Positions 16,452 through 26,354 are shown, counted from the first letter of the stretch. The stretch is DNA of 64,000 bases from a virus (IMGVR_UViG_3300048861_000178:160001-224000), one strand, 5' to 3'. Notes: generated by a model from the letters alone, not told the origin. Program-made: numbers and translations.

Positions 16452-18431
16452 TTACTTGCCTTTCTTCTGATGCCAGGCGATGAAGCGATCGACCATGATG
16501 GCAATGAATGCCTTCAGATCCGGTGCGACCACATAGCGACCATCGTCGTCGTGTGCGAAGGCCACGATCTGACCCTTCTTGCCCTTCGGACCAGGCTTCA
16601 TGTCCACACCGAAGAAGTCACCCGAACCCGACTCCGTGAATGCCAGCCATTTGCGGTTGCAGAATTCCGACGCATCGAGCTTGCCGTCATCATCGTCCTT
16701 GCCTGCGGGCAGGTGACCGCTGTCTTGCATCGCCACGTCGTGCGCATGTGCCTTGATAATCTCTTGGCACGCGAGCAACGTATCACCATTCAACCAACCC
16801 GGACCCTTCACTTGACCGTTGCAAAGCGAGTAAAGCTCATGGAACTCGGCAGGCAGGCGTTCGCCGAATGCCTTCTCGACTGCGGCGATTTGTTTCGGAT
16901 CAGCCGGACGGAACTGCAGGTCGATGCCGTGCTGCTGAGCATACGTCGTCAGCTTACCGAGACTTTCCTTAATCGAAGCATGGGAGACCGGGACTTCTTG
17001 CTTTTTGCCGAAGAACTCCAGGGCCATGGACTCCTGGGCAATTGACTCCATCGCCGCTGACTTCGCCGCCTTCAGCGCAGCTTCGAGCAAGTAGCAGTGG
17101 AACTTCGCTGCCCGCACCGCGCGATGCGCTTCGTGGCTACCCGGCGCAACCACCGAGTCGGAGAAGTTCTGCACCACCATCAGGATCTGATCGTAGAGTG
17201 CAGCACGGCGCGTCACGTCACCCGTACCCGAAGTCTGCCAGCTGATTTCCACGGCATCTTCGTCCGCTTCATCACCGAGCGTGATCGAGTAGTCCGTCAG
17301 ATCGAAGTCATTCCAGATCATCTCGAGCGATTCGTCGATGCGATGAAAGATCGGCCAGCTATTATGGTAGTTATCCATGTAGCTGCGCGCACCTTCCAGG
17401 TACGTCTGACCGGCCTTGATCAGGTTCTCCAGATCGTTCTCGGTCAAGCGCACGTTGGCCTTGCTGCCGTTCACGAAGAGCTTCTTCATGCCGTGCAAGA
17501 ACGAGCCGTACTCGCGCACATGGAACGGCATCGCCATCTTGGCGAGCTTTTCCATCGACACGCCACCGATCGCTACAGGCCGCGGCACGCGACCTTGGTT
17601 GGCGTAGATACCGGTCACCGACAGATAGGGCTGCTCACCCGAGACACACATCCACTTGTGGTCCAGGTACATCGAGGGAGCTTCGAGCTTTTCGAGGTCC
17701 AGTGCCGTGCGCTTGGCTTCTTCGTCGGAGTTACCTTGGCCGGTATGCAGCGCTGACTCCAGCTTGCGCAACTGAGCCATCGCTTCCTTGGAGAAGTCAC
17801 CGAGGATATAGCTCGAGAACGCCAAGTCCTCCTGCACCTTGTGCATGAAGTTGTTGTGAATCGGACCGGCGTCGTTGGAGAAGTGCTGCCACAGCCCCGA
17901 GAGATTCACATCGAGCGGCCCACGGACGATCGTGCCATTGAGTTCCTGCTGCAGCTCAGCGAGGCGGGCCTCGTACTTCTTGATGAGACCCGGCATGGTG
18001 CGCCAGCCATCCTTCCAGCCCTCGAACATCTTCTTAAAGCGCCCGTGCAGCTTGTTCTTAGCCACTGCCAGCTTGTTGCTGTCCTTGGCTTCGAGCGACA
18101 CTTCATTGCCGTCATCCCACACCGACGTCGCCGCCGTTGCCGACTTGATCAGCGCGTCGAACTCATCGTCGTCCACCACGATGGCGTCAGCTTCCAGCGC
18201 CGAGCGGATCGGAAAGCTCGGCTTGAGCATGGCGGCCGCTGCGCGCTCACGGAACTTCTCCGCTGCGTAGTTCTCCGAACCACTGAAGGGCGATTCGTTG
18301 TAGCCTGCGGTGATGAGGGGCTGTTCCGGGGTTTCACCCTGCATCATCGGCTGAACATTGCCCGTGGGGGACGAGTCGAAGGATTCCATACCCAGAGCAG
18401 CGATGCTCTCCAGGCTCATGCGTCTTTTCAT
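16452..18431 (-). CDS. internal head protein fused to a C-terminal SMI1/KNR4 (SUKH) domain
   Basis: N-terminal SLE/GME/ALE/SLE sites; AME-AQE-ALE cluster then PA....I...E...G..LP.EF..LY..CNGQ...W..F...GSGDF..VD..PG..G..GQIV...HD. Confidence 0.8.
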   Translation of the reverse strand: MKRRMSLESIAALGMESFDSSPTGNVQPMMQGETPEQPLITAGYNESPFSGSENYAAEKFRERAAAAMLKPSFPIRSALEADAIVVDDDEFDALIKSATAATSVWDDGNEVSLEAKDSNKLAVAKNKLHGRFKKMFEGWKDGWRTMPGLIKKYEARLAELQQELNGTIVRGPLDVNLSGLWQHFSNDAGPIHNNFMHKVQEDLAFSSYILGDFSKEAMAQLRKLESALHTGQGNSDEEAKRTALDLEKLEAPSMYLDHKWMCVSGEQPYLSVTGIYANQGRVPRPVAIGGVSMEKLAKMAMPFHVREYGSFLHGMKKLFVNGSKANVRLTENDLENLIKAGQTYLEGARSYMDNYHNSWPIFHRIDESLEMIWNDFDLTDYSITLGDEADEDAVEISWQTSGTGDVTRRAALYDQILMVVQNFSDSVVAPGSHEAHRAVRAAKFHCYLLEAALKAAKSAAMESIAQESMALEFFGKKQEVPVSHASIKESLGKLTTYAQQHGIDLQFRPADPKQIAAVEKAFGERLPAEFHELYSLCNGQVKGPGWLNGDTLLACQEIIKAHAHDVAMQDSGHLPAGKDDDDGKLDASEFCNRKWLAFTESGSGDFFGVDMKPGPKGKKGQIVAFAHDDDGRYVVAPDLKAFIAIMVDRFIAWHQKKGK

Positions 18432-18433
18432 GG

Positions 18434-18988
18434 TTATTTCTCGAGAATGGTGAACTTGATAACTGCGGGCGGAAACATGATGACTTCTTTTTGTGTTTCC
18501 GGACGAATATTGCGAAGCTGGGAGACGAGCACCGAGAGTTCGTCCGTGATGACAAGACCCAATTCCTTAGAAGGGTCCACTACCGTTCGGATCACCGTCG
18601 AACCAAAAGCTTGGGCGATCGAGAGCTCCGTACTAAAAGAGAGCGGATTCTCGAGCACGTAGTCATGTCGCTGTCCGATAGCGTAGTTCTTGGGCATGCC
18701 CATGATGTCTTGATACGTACTCGACGGATCAAAGCCTCGGTAAAGCGGCATCTCGCGGAACTTGTAAAGGTCGTTGACAATCTTGGCCAAAGCACGCAAC
18801 GAGGGCAGGAGCGTCTTGTCCGGATGCAAGATCCAACGATCGAGCTGCTTGAGCAACTCAGTGTGCTGGGAGAGCGCTGCGAGCTTATCGTGATCGATCT
18901 GGGTAAAGTCAATCACCTGGGCACCGTCCTTGAGCGCTTTCCAGAACGCCCACTCCATCGCAGGCGTGCGTTTTGCTATGAAATGCAT
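18434..18988 (-). CDS. ADP-ribosyltransferase, R-S-E class
   Basis: LYRGF, LSFST..SIA.AF, QKEVI catalytic motifs; N-terminal AME site. Confidence 0.75.
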   Translation of the reverse strand: MHFIAKRTPAMEWAFWKALKDGAQVIDFTQIDHDKLAALSQHTELLKQLDRWILHPDKTLLPSLRALAKIVNDLYKFREMPLYRGFDPSSTYQDIMGMPKNYAIGQRHDYVLENPLSFSTELSIAQAFGSTVIRTVVDPSKELGLVITDELSVLVSQLRNIRPETQKEVIMFPPAVIKFTILEK

Positions 18989-18995
18989 ACCTGCC

Positions 18996-21089
18996 TCACA
19001 CGTTGGACCACGACATCCAGTTGGGTTGAACGATGATACTGCCAGTCTCGACCTTCTCGGCGTCGCCTTCGGTACCCCCGTCGTTAAACGTTTCCATCGC
19101 CAGCTCGTACCGATCGGCCTTCTGTTGCAGGCTGTAGGCTTCCAGCGCCAGATCCAGCCCTGCGCTACTCGTGCCCATGATCGAATCGACCATTTCCCGC
19201 GACCAGTTCAAGATGTCATTCGAACGCGTCGAGATGTTCGGCACACCCTTGGTATCCAGAAACACATTCCAGATCGTGCAGGGGAACTTCTGACCAATCC
19301 GATCGATCCGTGCAATCGCCTGCTTGTACTCGTAGTCCCGAAACGGCGCGTTCAGGTTGATCATGGTCGAGGCGGAGAGCACCGGCACAGCGGTCGACAA
19401 GGAATCGAAGGTCGCAATCAGCGGGTTCAGATCCTCGTCCTCATCAAAGCGCTTGATGATGCCCTTCAGGTCCTTGTTGGTCTCGCCGTAGACGAGCAAG
19501 GGCTGGTAGCCTTCCTTCTGCAGATACTCATCCGCGGCTTTGACCACGTTCACGTAGGACGTGAAGATCAGCGTCTTGGACATCGAGCCATCAATGAGCT
19601 CCGGCATCCCCACGTACGGCAACATGTCAACGTGACACTGCGCGCGCAGCTTACCCAAAATCCGCCCCAAGGCTTCGCCCTGGACTTTCAAGTCCATGTA
19701 CTTCACCACCGAGCGCGCATCCAGGAACGAGATCTTTAGATCCCGTGGCAAACTCGGAGCGATCTTCTGCTTCTCGAACTTGTTACAGAACATCACCATG
19801 TCCTTCATCGTCTTCGGGTCGTACCCTTGGATGATCTGGCTGATGTAGCCCTGGTACTTCTTGTACTCGTTCCTGGCAGGACCATCACGCAGCGTGCGCT
19901 CGTAGATCCCGCAGGCCGTGTAGTAGATGTTCTGGAAGCCCTTGAAGTTTGCCTGGTAGTAGGCCATGCGCTCGGTAATGAACGCCTTCATGACGTCCTT
20001 CACCGCGTCAAGCGTATAGACGCCTCCATTGGGCATCTCGACGTTCTTCTGGATCTCCTTGCGGTTGTTATCCACCACGTTGTCGACCTTGTACATCATC
20101 TGTCCAAGGCGGTTACGCAGGATATCATTCGCGCGCACGGAGTTCTTACCGAAGATCTCCTTAAAGCGCAACTGGGCGTCCTGATTGAAGTCCGTACACA
20201 GCACCGTGAGAATCGGAATTGCCTCAGCCCCGATGGCTTTCATCGGTGTACCTGACATCGGCAACACATGCTGGCAGTCAATCACCTTGCACAGATCGAT
20301 CCACAGGTTCGTACGCAGGCTATCGAGCTCATTCAGGTTGTGGGACTCGTCCACGATCATGAACGGCTTACGCAGCTTGTGCTGGTGTTGCTTGAAGAAC
20401 TCGATCGCCTTCGGGAGCTGCTCGTAGTGGAACACGTAGTGGCGATAGCCCCACTCAAGCGGCTTACCGGAAAGCGTGGTCCAGTACTTGTGGTTCTCTG
20501 GCTTCTTAAAGAGCGCGCGCAGCGTCTTGTCCCACACCTCATCTACCGCGGGCTTCGGTACCAGCTCGATAAACACATCGGCATTCAGTACACAGCCAAG
20601 CGCAATCGAGTTAATCGTCTTACCCGAGCCAGGGGCGGCTGCCAGTACGTAGCCTTTCAACTTCATGCGTGGCACCATCTCGTTATAGAGCTGGAGGAAC
20701 TCTGCCTGATGGGGGAGCAGGTTCACATTCAGTTCATCGAGTTGGCTGAAATCCAGAATGGCCGGGTGCGAGGTTTCCCGCACACTCTTGAGCCAGGTGT
20801 TCTCGTACATCAGGTCGACGATCTTTTGCAGCGCACGGTTGTTATAGTTACGGCTACGCAGCTTGATGATCGTCTCGAAGGTGTAGACGATGTCAGGGGC
20901 AAAGAACTTGTTGAACGAAACGCTTGAGCGTCCCATCTTGGTGAACATGAACATCGCGATCTTGCTGGTAGACCAGATTTTCGTGATGTCGCGGGCAATC
21001 ACATCGGCAGGCAAGCCTTCGATATGGATGAGTTTTTCATCCTCGAAGACGTCGATGGAGCCGATTAGGCGTTTAAAACCGGAAAACAT
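18996..21089 (-). CDS. SNF2/SF2 helicase (phiKZ gp203-like virion helicase)
   Basis: AAPGSGKT, IVDESHN, SGTP, QAIARIDRIGQ; C-terminal ALE/AME sites; start taken at MFSGFK. Confidence 0.9.
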   Translation of the reverse strand: MFSGFKRLIGSIDVFEDEKLIHIEGLPADVIARDITKIWSTSKIAMFMFTKMGRSSVSFNKFFAPDIVYTFETIIKLRSRNYNNRALQKIVDLMYENTWLKSVRETSHPAILDFSQLDELNVNLLPHQAEFLQLYNEMVPRMKLKGYVLAAAPGSGKTINSIALGCVLNADVFIELVPKPAVDEVWDKTLRALFKKPENHKYWTTLSGKPLEWGYRHYVFHYEQLPKAIEFFKQHQHKLRKPFMIVDESHNLNELDSLRTNLWIDLCKVIDCQHVLPMSGTPMKAIGAEAIPILTVLCTDFNQDAQLRFKEIFGKNSVRANDILRNRLGQMMYKVDNVVDNNRKEIQKNVEMPNGGVYTLDAVKDVMKAFITERMAYYQANFKGFQNIYYTACGIYERTLRDGPARNEYKKYQGYISQIIQGYDPKTMKDMVMFCNKFEKQKIAPSLPRDLKISFLDARSVVKYMDLKVQGEALGRILGKLRAQCHVDMLPYVGMPELIDGSMSKTLIFTSYVNVVKAADEYLQKEGYQPLLVYGETNKDLKGIIKRFDEDEDLNPLIATFDSLSTAVPVLSASTMINLNAPFRDYEYKQAIARIDRIGQKFPCTIWNVFLDTKGVPNISTRSNDILNWSREMVDSIMGTSSAGLDLALEAYSLQQKADRYELAMETFNDGGTEGDAEKVETGSIIVQPNWMSWSNV

Positions 21090-21264
21090 TCGCACCCCTG
21101 AGAGTCGGTGTATAGTTAGCGGACCAAAAATGGATTCATAACTATTTCGGCTCGATTCTTTTACTGGCATTGAAGCGGCATAAAAGGCTAGGGCAACACC
21201 TGGGCTGGTCAGGCCCAAGTGTCACACCTAGCGGTACTACAGGGGAGGTACTACAAGGAAACAG

Positions 21265-22818
21265 TTAGAGTTGCAAAGGGTCATCGAGCGCTGCAAACCA
21301 CGGCGTTTCATCAGTACTACCAATCGGACCGCCACCCACCTTACGGCGCGTCGTGTCCGGCCCGTTCAGATCGTCCAGAATACCCCCAACCGGCTGGAAG
21401 GGCAGCACACAGTACTGATCAATCAACGGGGTCTGTCCCACAATCCGGTGCTTACCACGCTGCACCGTGAGCCAGGACTGGCCATTCACGATTTCAATGT
21501 GAATGTAGAGCTCCAGATCCACTTCCTGGTCAATCTGACGGCTACCTGCGTAGTAGCCCTTGTTCGCGATTTCCTTCACGAAGTCGGTCTTACCGTCACG
21601 CACCAATTGCTTGGCCTCGGTGGAGAGCTGGTGCGGCGTGATAAAGGTGATCTTGCGCGGGTTGGTGAAGTTACGCATGCGACGGAACATGTCGCGCACG
21701 TCGTGACCGGCCGGGCCTTGTGAGCAACCGGTGGTCGGCACCATGTACAGGTAGTCGACGATGAGCGCATGGATTTCGTAGCCGTCCGCTTCGTACTCGA
21801 TGAGCTTGTTGCAGATGTCCATGTACGACCACTTGGTCGGGTCCACCCGCAGCATGTCAATGTGATAACCATTGACCCCCATCTTCTCCTTCACGTACGC
21901 CGCAATCTCTTGCGGATCGGCCCCTTCGAGTTCCTTATCGGTTACCGCGACGCCGGTCTCGTTTTCCTTGAGCGACGTATAAAGGAAGCGCATGTTGTTG
22001 TTGATGTCGTCCTCAAACGAGATCCGCAACAGCAAGGGCTTCTTGGTCGGATCAATCATCTCCGGCACATTGTAGAGCGCCAGGTGTTTGAAGATCGACA
22101 GCGTAAAGCCCGTTTTGTACTTGTGCTGCAACGCGCCGATCACCACCTGCTCGCCACGGCGGAAGCCGCCGCGCAGCATGCGGTTAATGCCCTGCCAGCC
22201 GGTACGCAGAATCGAGTTACCGTTGGACTCTTGCTGAATGTCCTTAAACACTTCGGCCATCGAGTCCAGGTTGCTAAACGAGACGTGTGAGACAATCGCC
22301 GGATCTTTGGTGACGGCGTCTTGCTGATAGGGTTCCAGCTCGGCACACACCTCAGCGACGAATTGCTTCATGTCCGTGATGTTCTCACGGTTGAACTTCA
22401 CCGCGACGCCTGCGCGGTGCAAGATCTCTTTGACCTTCTCTTCGCGGAAGTAATTCTGCAACGTACGGCGAATGTTCAGGCAGGTACGCTTCAGCGAGCC
22501 TTCTTGCAGCTCCGAGCTAATACCTTGTTCAAACGCTTCATACATCGCTTGGTCTTCCCCACAGACCACCTTCATGCGCTGCATGATTTCGAGCGGCTCG
22601 TACTGATGGTCCTGGGGCGTGTCGCACATTGCCAGTGCGCAGCTCTTCAGACCCGCGAGCGTCTCGGTTTCGGGATCAAGCGTGAGGTTCACCTCAGGCA
22701 TCTTGATGGTGGACACAATGTTGCGCACCAGATTCTGGCTACGCTCCATCGTCGGTGGCAATTGACTTTCGCGGTAAAGCAGGGTGATTGCATTCACCAA
22801 AAGGAGTCGGTTATTCAT
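21265..22818 (-). CDS. dnaB: DnaB-like replicative helicase (phiKZ gp118-like)
   Basis: TGWQGINRML.GGFRRGE, variant Walker A GALQHKYKT, IVDYL, TPHQLS, QEVDLE, RGKHR. Confidence 0.9.
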   Translation of the reverse strand: MNNRLLLVNAITLLYRESQLPPTMERSQNLVRNIVSTIKMPEVNLTLDPETETLAGLKSCALAMCDTPQDHQYEPLEIMQRMKVVCGEDQAMYEAFEQGISSELQEGSLKRTCLNIRRTLQNYFREEKVKEILHRAGVAVKFNRENITDMKQFVAEVCAELEPYQQDAVTKDPAIVSHVSFSNLDSMAEVFKDIQQESNGNSILRTGWQGINRMLRGGFRRGEQVVIGALQHKYKTGFTLSIFKHLALYNVPEMIDPTKKPLLLRISFEDDINNNMRFLYTSLKENETGVAVTDKELEGADPQEIAAYVKEKMGVNGYHIDMLRVDPTKWSYMDICNKLIEYEADGYEIHALIVDYLYMVPTTGCSQGPAGHDVRDMFRRMRNFTNPRKITFITPHQLSTEAKQLVRDGKTDFVKEIANKGYYAGSRQIDQEVDLELYIHIEIVNGQSWLTVQRGKHRIVGQTPLIDQYCVLPFQPVGGILDDLNGPDTTRRKVGGGPIGSTDETPWFAALDDPLQL

Positions 22819-23032
22819 TTCTGCGCGTTAATGGTAGTTATCCCCAAGAGGCTTGGTCCCCGTCAACCACTATCATCTCTATGAAAATGATTATGTTGTG
22901 GCAGAACGACTAATCTCGGGTAAAGGAATTCTTGCGTATGCCTGCTGTCGAGGGATCTGCTTCGTCCCCTGTACATACTCTAGGCACACGGCTTCAAAAT
23001 TAACATCTGACCCATCATTGGGAGCATCAACC

Positions 23033-23602
23033 GTGGCCGAAAAAAAGATTGTGGTGGTCCCTTACTGGATCGCCGATTCCATTCATCGTAACAAGATGAA
23101 TCTGGCGGACATGCTCGATTTCGAGAAGATCCGTCGTGTTTGTGCGCCCGCCGATATGGCTGGCCTCCTGATTGTGCAGGAATTTGCTACCCATCTTGTG
23201 GGTGGTGATCTTCACATTGGGACCTGGGGAATCCACCAGGCGTGGTATGAATCACTTCGTACGGAGGAGAGCCGAACCTTTTACCAGAACACGGTCATCC
23301 CGCTAACCTGCGATGAGTCGTTCGTCAAGGACGCGAAAGATCGCTTGTTTGGCGAAGACAGTCGCACTGAGCGTCACAGTGAACCTTTTAATTACTATGA
23401 CATAGCTCCTGCCGTTGGCGCGATGGTCATTAGTCCGGGCTTCTATACTGCCAGTGCTCCCGATGAGCTCTACCTCGCTACGGTGGAAGCAATTCTAAAA
23501 GCATTGTATGTGTACACACCGCCTAACGAGGTGGCTCGAACACCTTGGTTCAAGCGTTGGCTGCAACTGCTGTCCAAGAAAAAAGTAGCAGTGGCGGCCT
23601 AA
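23033..23602 (+). CDS. virion structural protein (phiKZ gp119-like by position)
   Basis: GGAG SD before GTG; lies between DnaB and the capsid gene as in phiKZ. Confidence 0.65.
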   Translation: MAEKKIVVVPYWIADSIHRNKMNLADMLDFEKIRRVCAPADMAGLLIVQEFATHLVGGDLHIGTWGIHQAWYESLRTEESRTFYQNTVIPLTCDESFVKDAKDRLFGEDSRTERHSEPFNYYDIAPAVGAMVISPGFYTASAPDELYLATVEAILKALYVYTPPNEVARTPWFKRWLQLLSKKKVAVAA

Positions 23603-23651
23603 ACGGTTTCAGCCCCAATAGCAACTTCGTTTAACTCAAGGGAAACAAAAG

Positions 23652-25856
23652 ATGTCTTCCAAACTGTATCAAATCGGCAACGCTGGCCAGGACGGCACGA
23701 TCAACTCGCTGGTTGCGAAGGTCCAACATGCTGTCAACCGCAGCGGCCCGCACATCGAAAAGCGCCTGGCATCGTCCGTCGTTGCGATGGAATCGCTCGA
23801 CGCAACCACGCAGCTCGAACTCGAAGGCTCGGTGAAGGGTCTGAAGACCTCGCTCGAATCGATCAGCTCGCAATTCGCGGCTGAACTGAACGCGAACGAC
23901 GGCCTGATCAAGGGCAAGCACACCGTCGCGCAAAAGCAAGCAGGTCTGGTCGCGGCAATCGTCGCGGGCGACATGGCTGGCTTCCTGAAGGCACCGGTCG
24001 CACGCAAGGTTTCGCTCGAAGGCCACACGTTCATCCCCGCGATGGGCAACGGCGCGATGGATCACCGTCAGTCGAAGGCGCTCGAAGCCTACGACGAGCG
24101 TGAAACGAAGTCGGCTACCGTGTACTCGGTGGCGTACAACCTGCAAGCTGCACGTCAAGACGAATTCGGCGAAGCGTTCTTCCCGACCGTCGTCGTCACG
24201 CCGGACCAGTACGGCTACACCGTGTCGATTCGCCTCGTGCAAGTGTACGACGAAGTTCGTCGCACCATCGACGGCGCGCTGAGCAAGAACTTCGGCAAGA
24301 AGAACATCATCCAGGCCCTGATCGATCCGACCATCCTGCGCAACGACCTCTCGAAGATCGTCCCGGTCTATCGTCCGGAAAGCGCAGCGAACTTCGTCGC
24401 GACCAGCCTGGTTCCGGCTGCCGACATCGAACACGAAGGCGTGTCGATCAAGACGGCGCCGCTCGCGATCGGCAAGTCGTTCTCGCTGCTCGGCATCTCG
24501 CAAACCGACGCGCTGCTCGAAACCGGCATGCTGGACTCGACCGACGCAATCGACCCGGCGATCAAGCTGAGCTCGCTGTACCTGCAAGTCGGCTCGGGCG
24601 GTTCGGCCGAAGTCATCAAGTTCAAGTCTGTTGCCAACATGCAATCGGGTACGTTCACGTACTCGGTGCAGAACAACTACCGTCTGATGACGCTGAACTT
24701 CATCAGCAACGCGCTCGTGCTGAACGTGAACACGAAGAAGGCCGACGGTTCGGCTTCGACGGTTCTCGCGCCGATCGTGCAAGGCAACTACGAAGTCAAG
24801 CTGTCGGTGCAAGTGTTCGGCAACGTGAACCTCGAACTCGCTGACACGCAACTGTCGGCTGGTCAAGTGTCGATCTACGAAATCCGTGACGAAGACGGCA
24901 ACATCGTCGATCCGACCACGGGCGCAGGCGCAACCATCGCTACGGCGCTGGCTGGCGCATCGATCGTCGGTTACGACCTCGACGCACGTCGCACCAACAC
25001 GAACCGTCGTGAACGCGGTCAGCTGCTCGACCTCACGTTCTACAACATGGTTTACGGCGTGCCGCTGCTGTCGCCGATCACGATTCCGCGTCCGCTGACG
25101 CTGGGCGACCAGAACGACGCAAGCGATCTGGCTGCACTGATCACGGCAACGCACATCCGTACGTCGAATGCTGCAGTGGCGAAGCTGCTGGACGTCGAAA
25201 CGGCGCTGAAGGAACTGGTCACGGCCAACGGTGGTCTGTATCAAGGCGATCCGGAAATCCTCGGCGTGGCGCGTTTCCTGGTGACTCCGTTCTACGAGCA
25301 CCAAGACTACAGCGCACCGGCAGTGGTGGACTCGATCAAGTCGCACGAACGTGCGGCCGACATCCAGGCCTCGCTGATCAACATCCTGCGCGACATGGCT
25401 TACCGCATGTACCGCGACTCGGGCTACAAGGCTGCTGCAGACGCATTGGCTGGCGGCATCGCTGCTACGCCGACCGTCATCATCGGTACGGACCCGGTCA
25501 TCGCGCGTTACCTGCAAGTCACGGGCGACTTCCGTACGCTCGGCAACGACTTCAACGTGAAGATCGTGTCGACGCTGAACATCAACATGCGCGGCAAGAT
25601 CCGCATGTCGTTCGGCGAATTCGGTGAAGGCAAGGAAGGCGTGCCGAACCCGATGCACTTCGGCAACATGGCATGGAAGCCGGAACTGACGCTGATTCTC
25701 CCGCTGCACCGCAACGGCGCAAACAGCAAGGAAATCACGGTCCAGCCGTCGTTCCTGCACGTCGTGAACCTGCCGATCATGGGTTCGATCGACGTGAGCG
25801 GCATCGAAGACGTGGTGACGGCGAAGGTTGCTGTCAACATGCACACGGTGTCGTGA
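23652..25856 (+). CDS. major capsid protein (phiKZ gp120-like)
   Basis: 734 aa; propeptide ending ALE|AYDE; YNL.AARQDEFGEAFFPTVV, NTNRRERGQLLD; extreme high-expression codon bias. Confidence 0.95.
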   Translation: MSSKLYQIGNAGQDGTINSLVAKVQHAVNRSGPHIEKRLASSVVAMESLDATTQLELEGSVKGLKTSLESISSQFAAELNANDGLIKGKHTVAQKQAGLVAAIVAGDMAGFLKAPVARKVSLEGHTFIPAMGNGAMDHRQSKALEAYDERETKSATVYSVAYNLQAARQDEFGEAFFPTVVVTPDQYGYTVSIRLVQVYDEVRRTIDGALSKNFGKKNIIQALIDPTILRNDLSKIVPVYRPESAANFVATSLVPAADIEHEGVSIKTAPLAIGKSFSLLGISQTDALLETGMLDSTDAIDPAIKLSSLYLQVGSGGSAEVIKFKSVANMQSGTFTYSVQNNYRLMTLNFISNALVLNVNTKKADGSASTVLAPIVQGNYEVKLSVQVFGNVNLELADTQLSAGQVSIYEIRDEDGNIVDPTTGAGATIATALAGASIVGYDLDARRTNTNRRERGQLLDLTFYNMVYGVPLLSPITIPRPLTLGDQNDASDLAALITATHIRTSNAAVAKLLDVETALKELVTANGGLYQGDPEILGVARFLVTPFYEHQDYSAPAVVDSIKSHERAADIQASLINILRDMAYRMYRDSGYKAAADALAGGIAATPTVIIGTDPVIARYLQVTGDFRTLGNDFNVKIVSTLNINMRGKIRMSFGEFGEGKEGVPNPMHFGNMAWKPELTLILPLHRNGANSKEITVQPSFLHVVNLPIMGSIDVSGIEDVVTAKVAVNMHTVS

Positions 25857-25878
25857 AGAACACGCTTGGTTGATGTAA

Positions 25879-25912
25879 CTGACCTGGGTGGATTTCAGAT
25901 CTACTCAGGTTA
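25879..25912 (+). terminator. long hairpin after the capsid gene
   Basis: CTGACCTGGGTGGAT pairs with ATCTACTCAGGTTAG using G-U pairs. Confidence 0.5.
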
Positions 25913-26050
25913 GCCTTGAGCCATGCGTCGGTGCAGCTGTTGGGGCTGTGTAGGTCTCGCCCAGGGGGTCCTGGGCGAGGTCTATTTATGCTGTCTATGG
26001 TTACATGGCCAGGCACAACACCCATGGGAACATGGGCAGCACCGTTTGCA

Positions 26051-26087
26051 GACATGAGGCCCGAGGGAAACCTCGGGCTTTATGCCG
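26051..26087. terminator. hairpin of the CATA/TATG family
   Basis: GACATGA-GGCCCGAGG-GAAA-CCTCGGGCT-TTATGCCG. Confidence 0.6.
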
Positions 26088-26262
26088 TTCTTGCCTTCCC
26101 TTCAGAAGGTGAGTCGCTGACGTCAAAACTGCTGGGCGTATTTTTGTACTGAGCTCAGGTATCTATTGAGGAGGAAACGGCAACGGGACTTCCTTAATCC
26201 GAAGGTGGGGGTAGCCTAATCAGCTACCCTCGCTGGGTGTTTTATGCCGTTGTTCAAAGAAT

Positions 26263-26280
26263 CTTCAGCGATATATTACT
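26263..26280 (+). promoter_or_regulatory. putative phiKZ-type early promoter (TATATTAC)
   Basis: CTTCAGCGATATATTACT upstream of the operon containing the RNAP subunit. Confidence 0.6.
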
Positions 26281-26354
26281 TAACTGGCATCAGAATGAAT
26301 AGGCCAGCTGAGATGCGATGTACTCGGCTTAACTTTCACGCAGTAGAGGGACTT

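Noticed and set aside
22095-22140. Non-canonical DnaB Walker A (GALQHKYKT) as a sign of inactivation
   Set aside because: As I recall this variant is typical of phiKZ-like DnaB proteins, and the other motifs are intact
23631-25844. 737-aa ORF antisense to the capsid gene, and similar shadows (5797, 11006, 14260, 27958, 29630, 46798, 60782)
   Set aside because: Explained by sense-strand codon bias removing antisense stop codons; Arg/His/Val-rich and unprotein-like
25916-26152. 78-aa ORF after the capsid gene
   Set aside because: Runs through two hairpins, lacks a clear SD and has atypical codons
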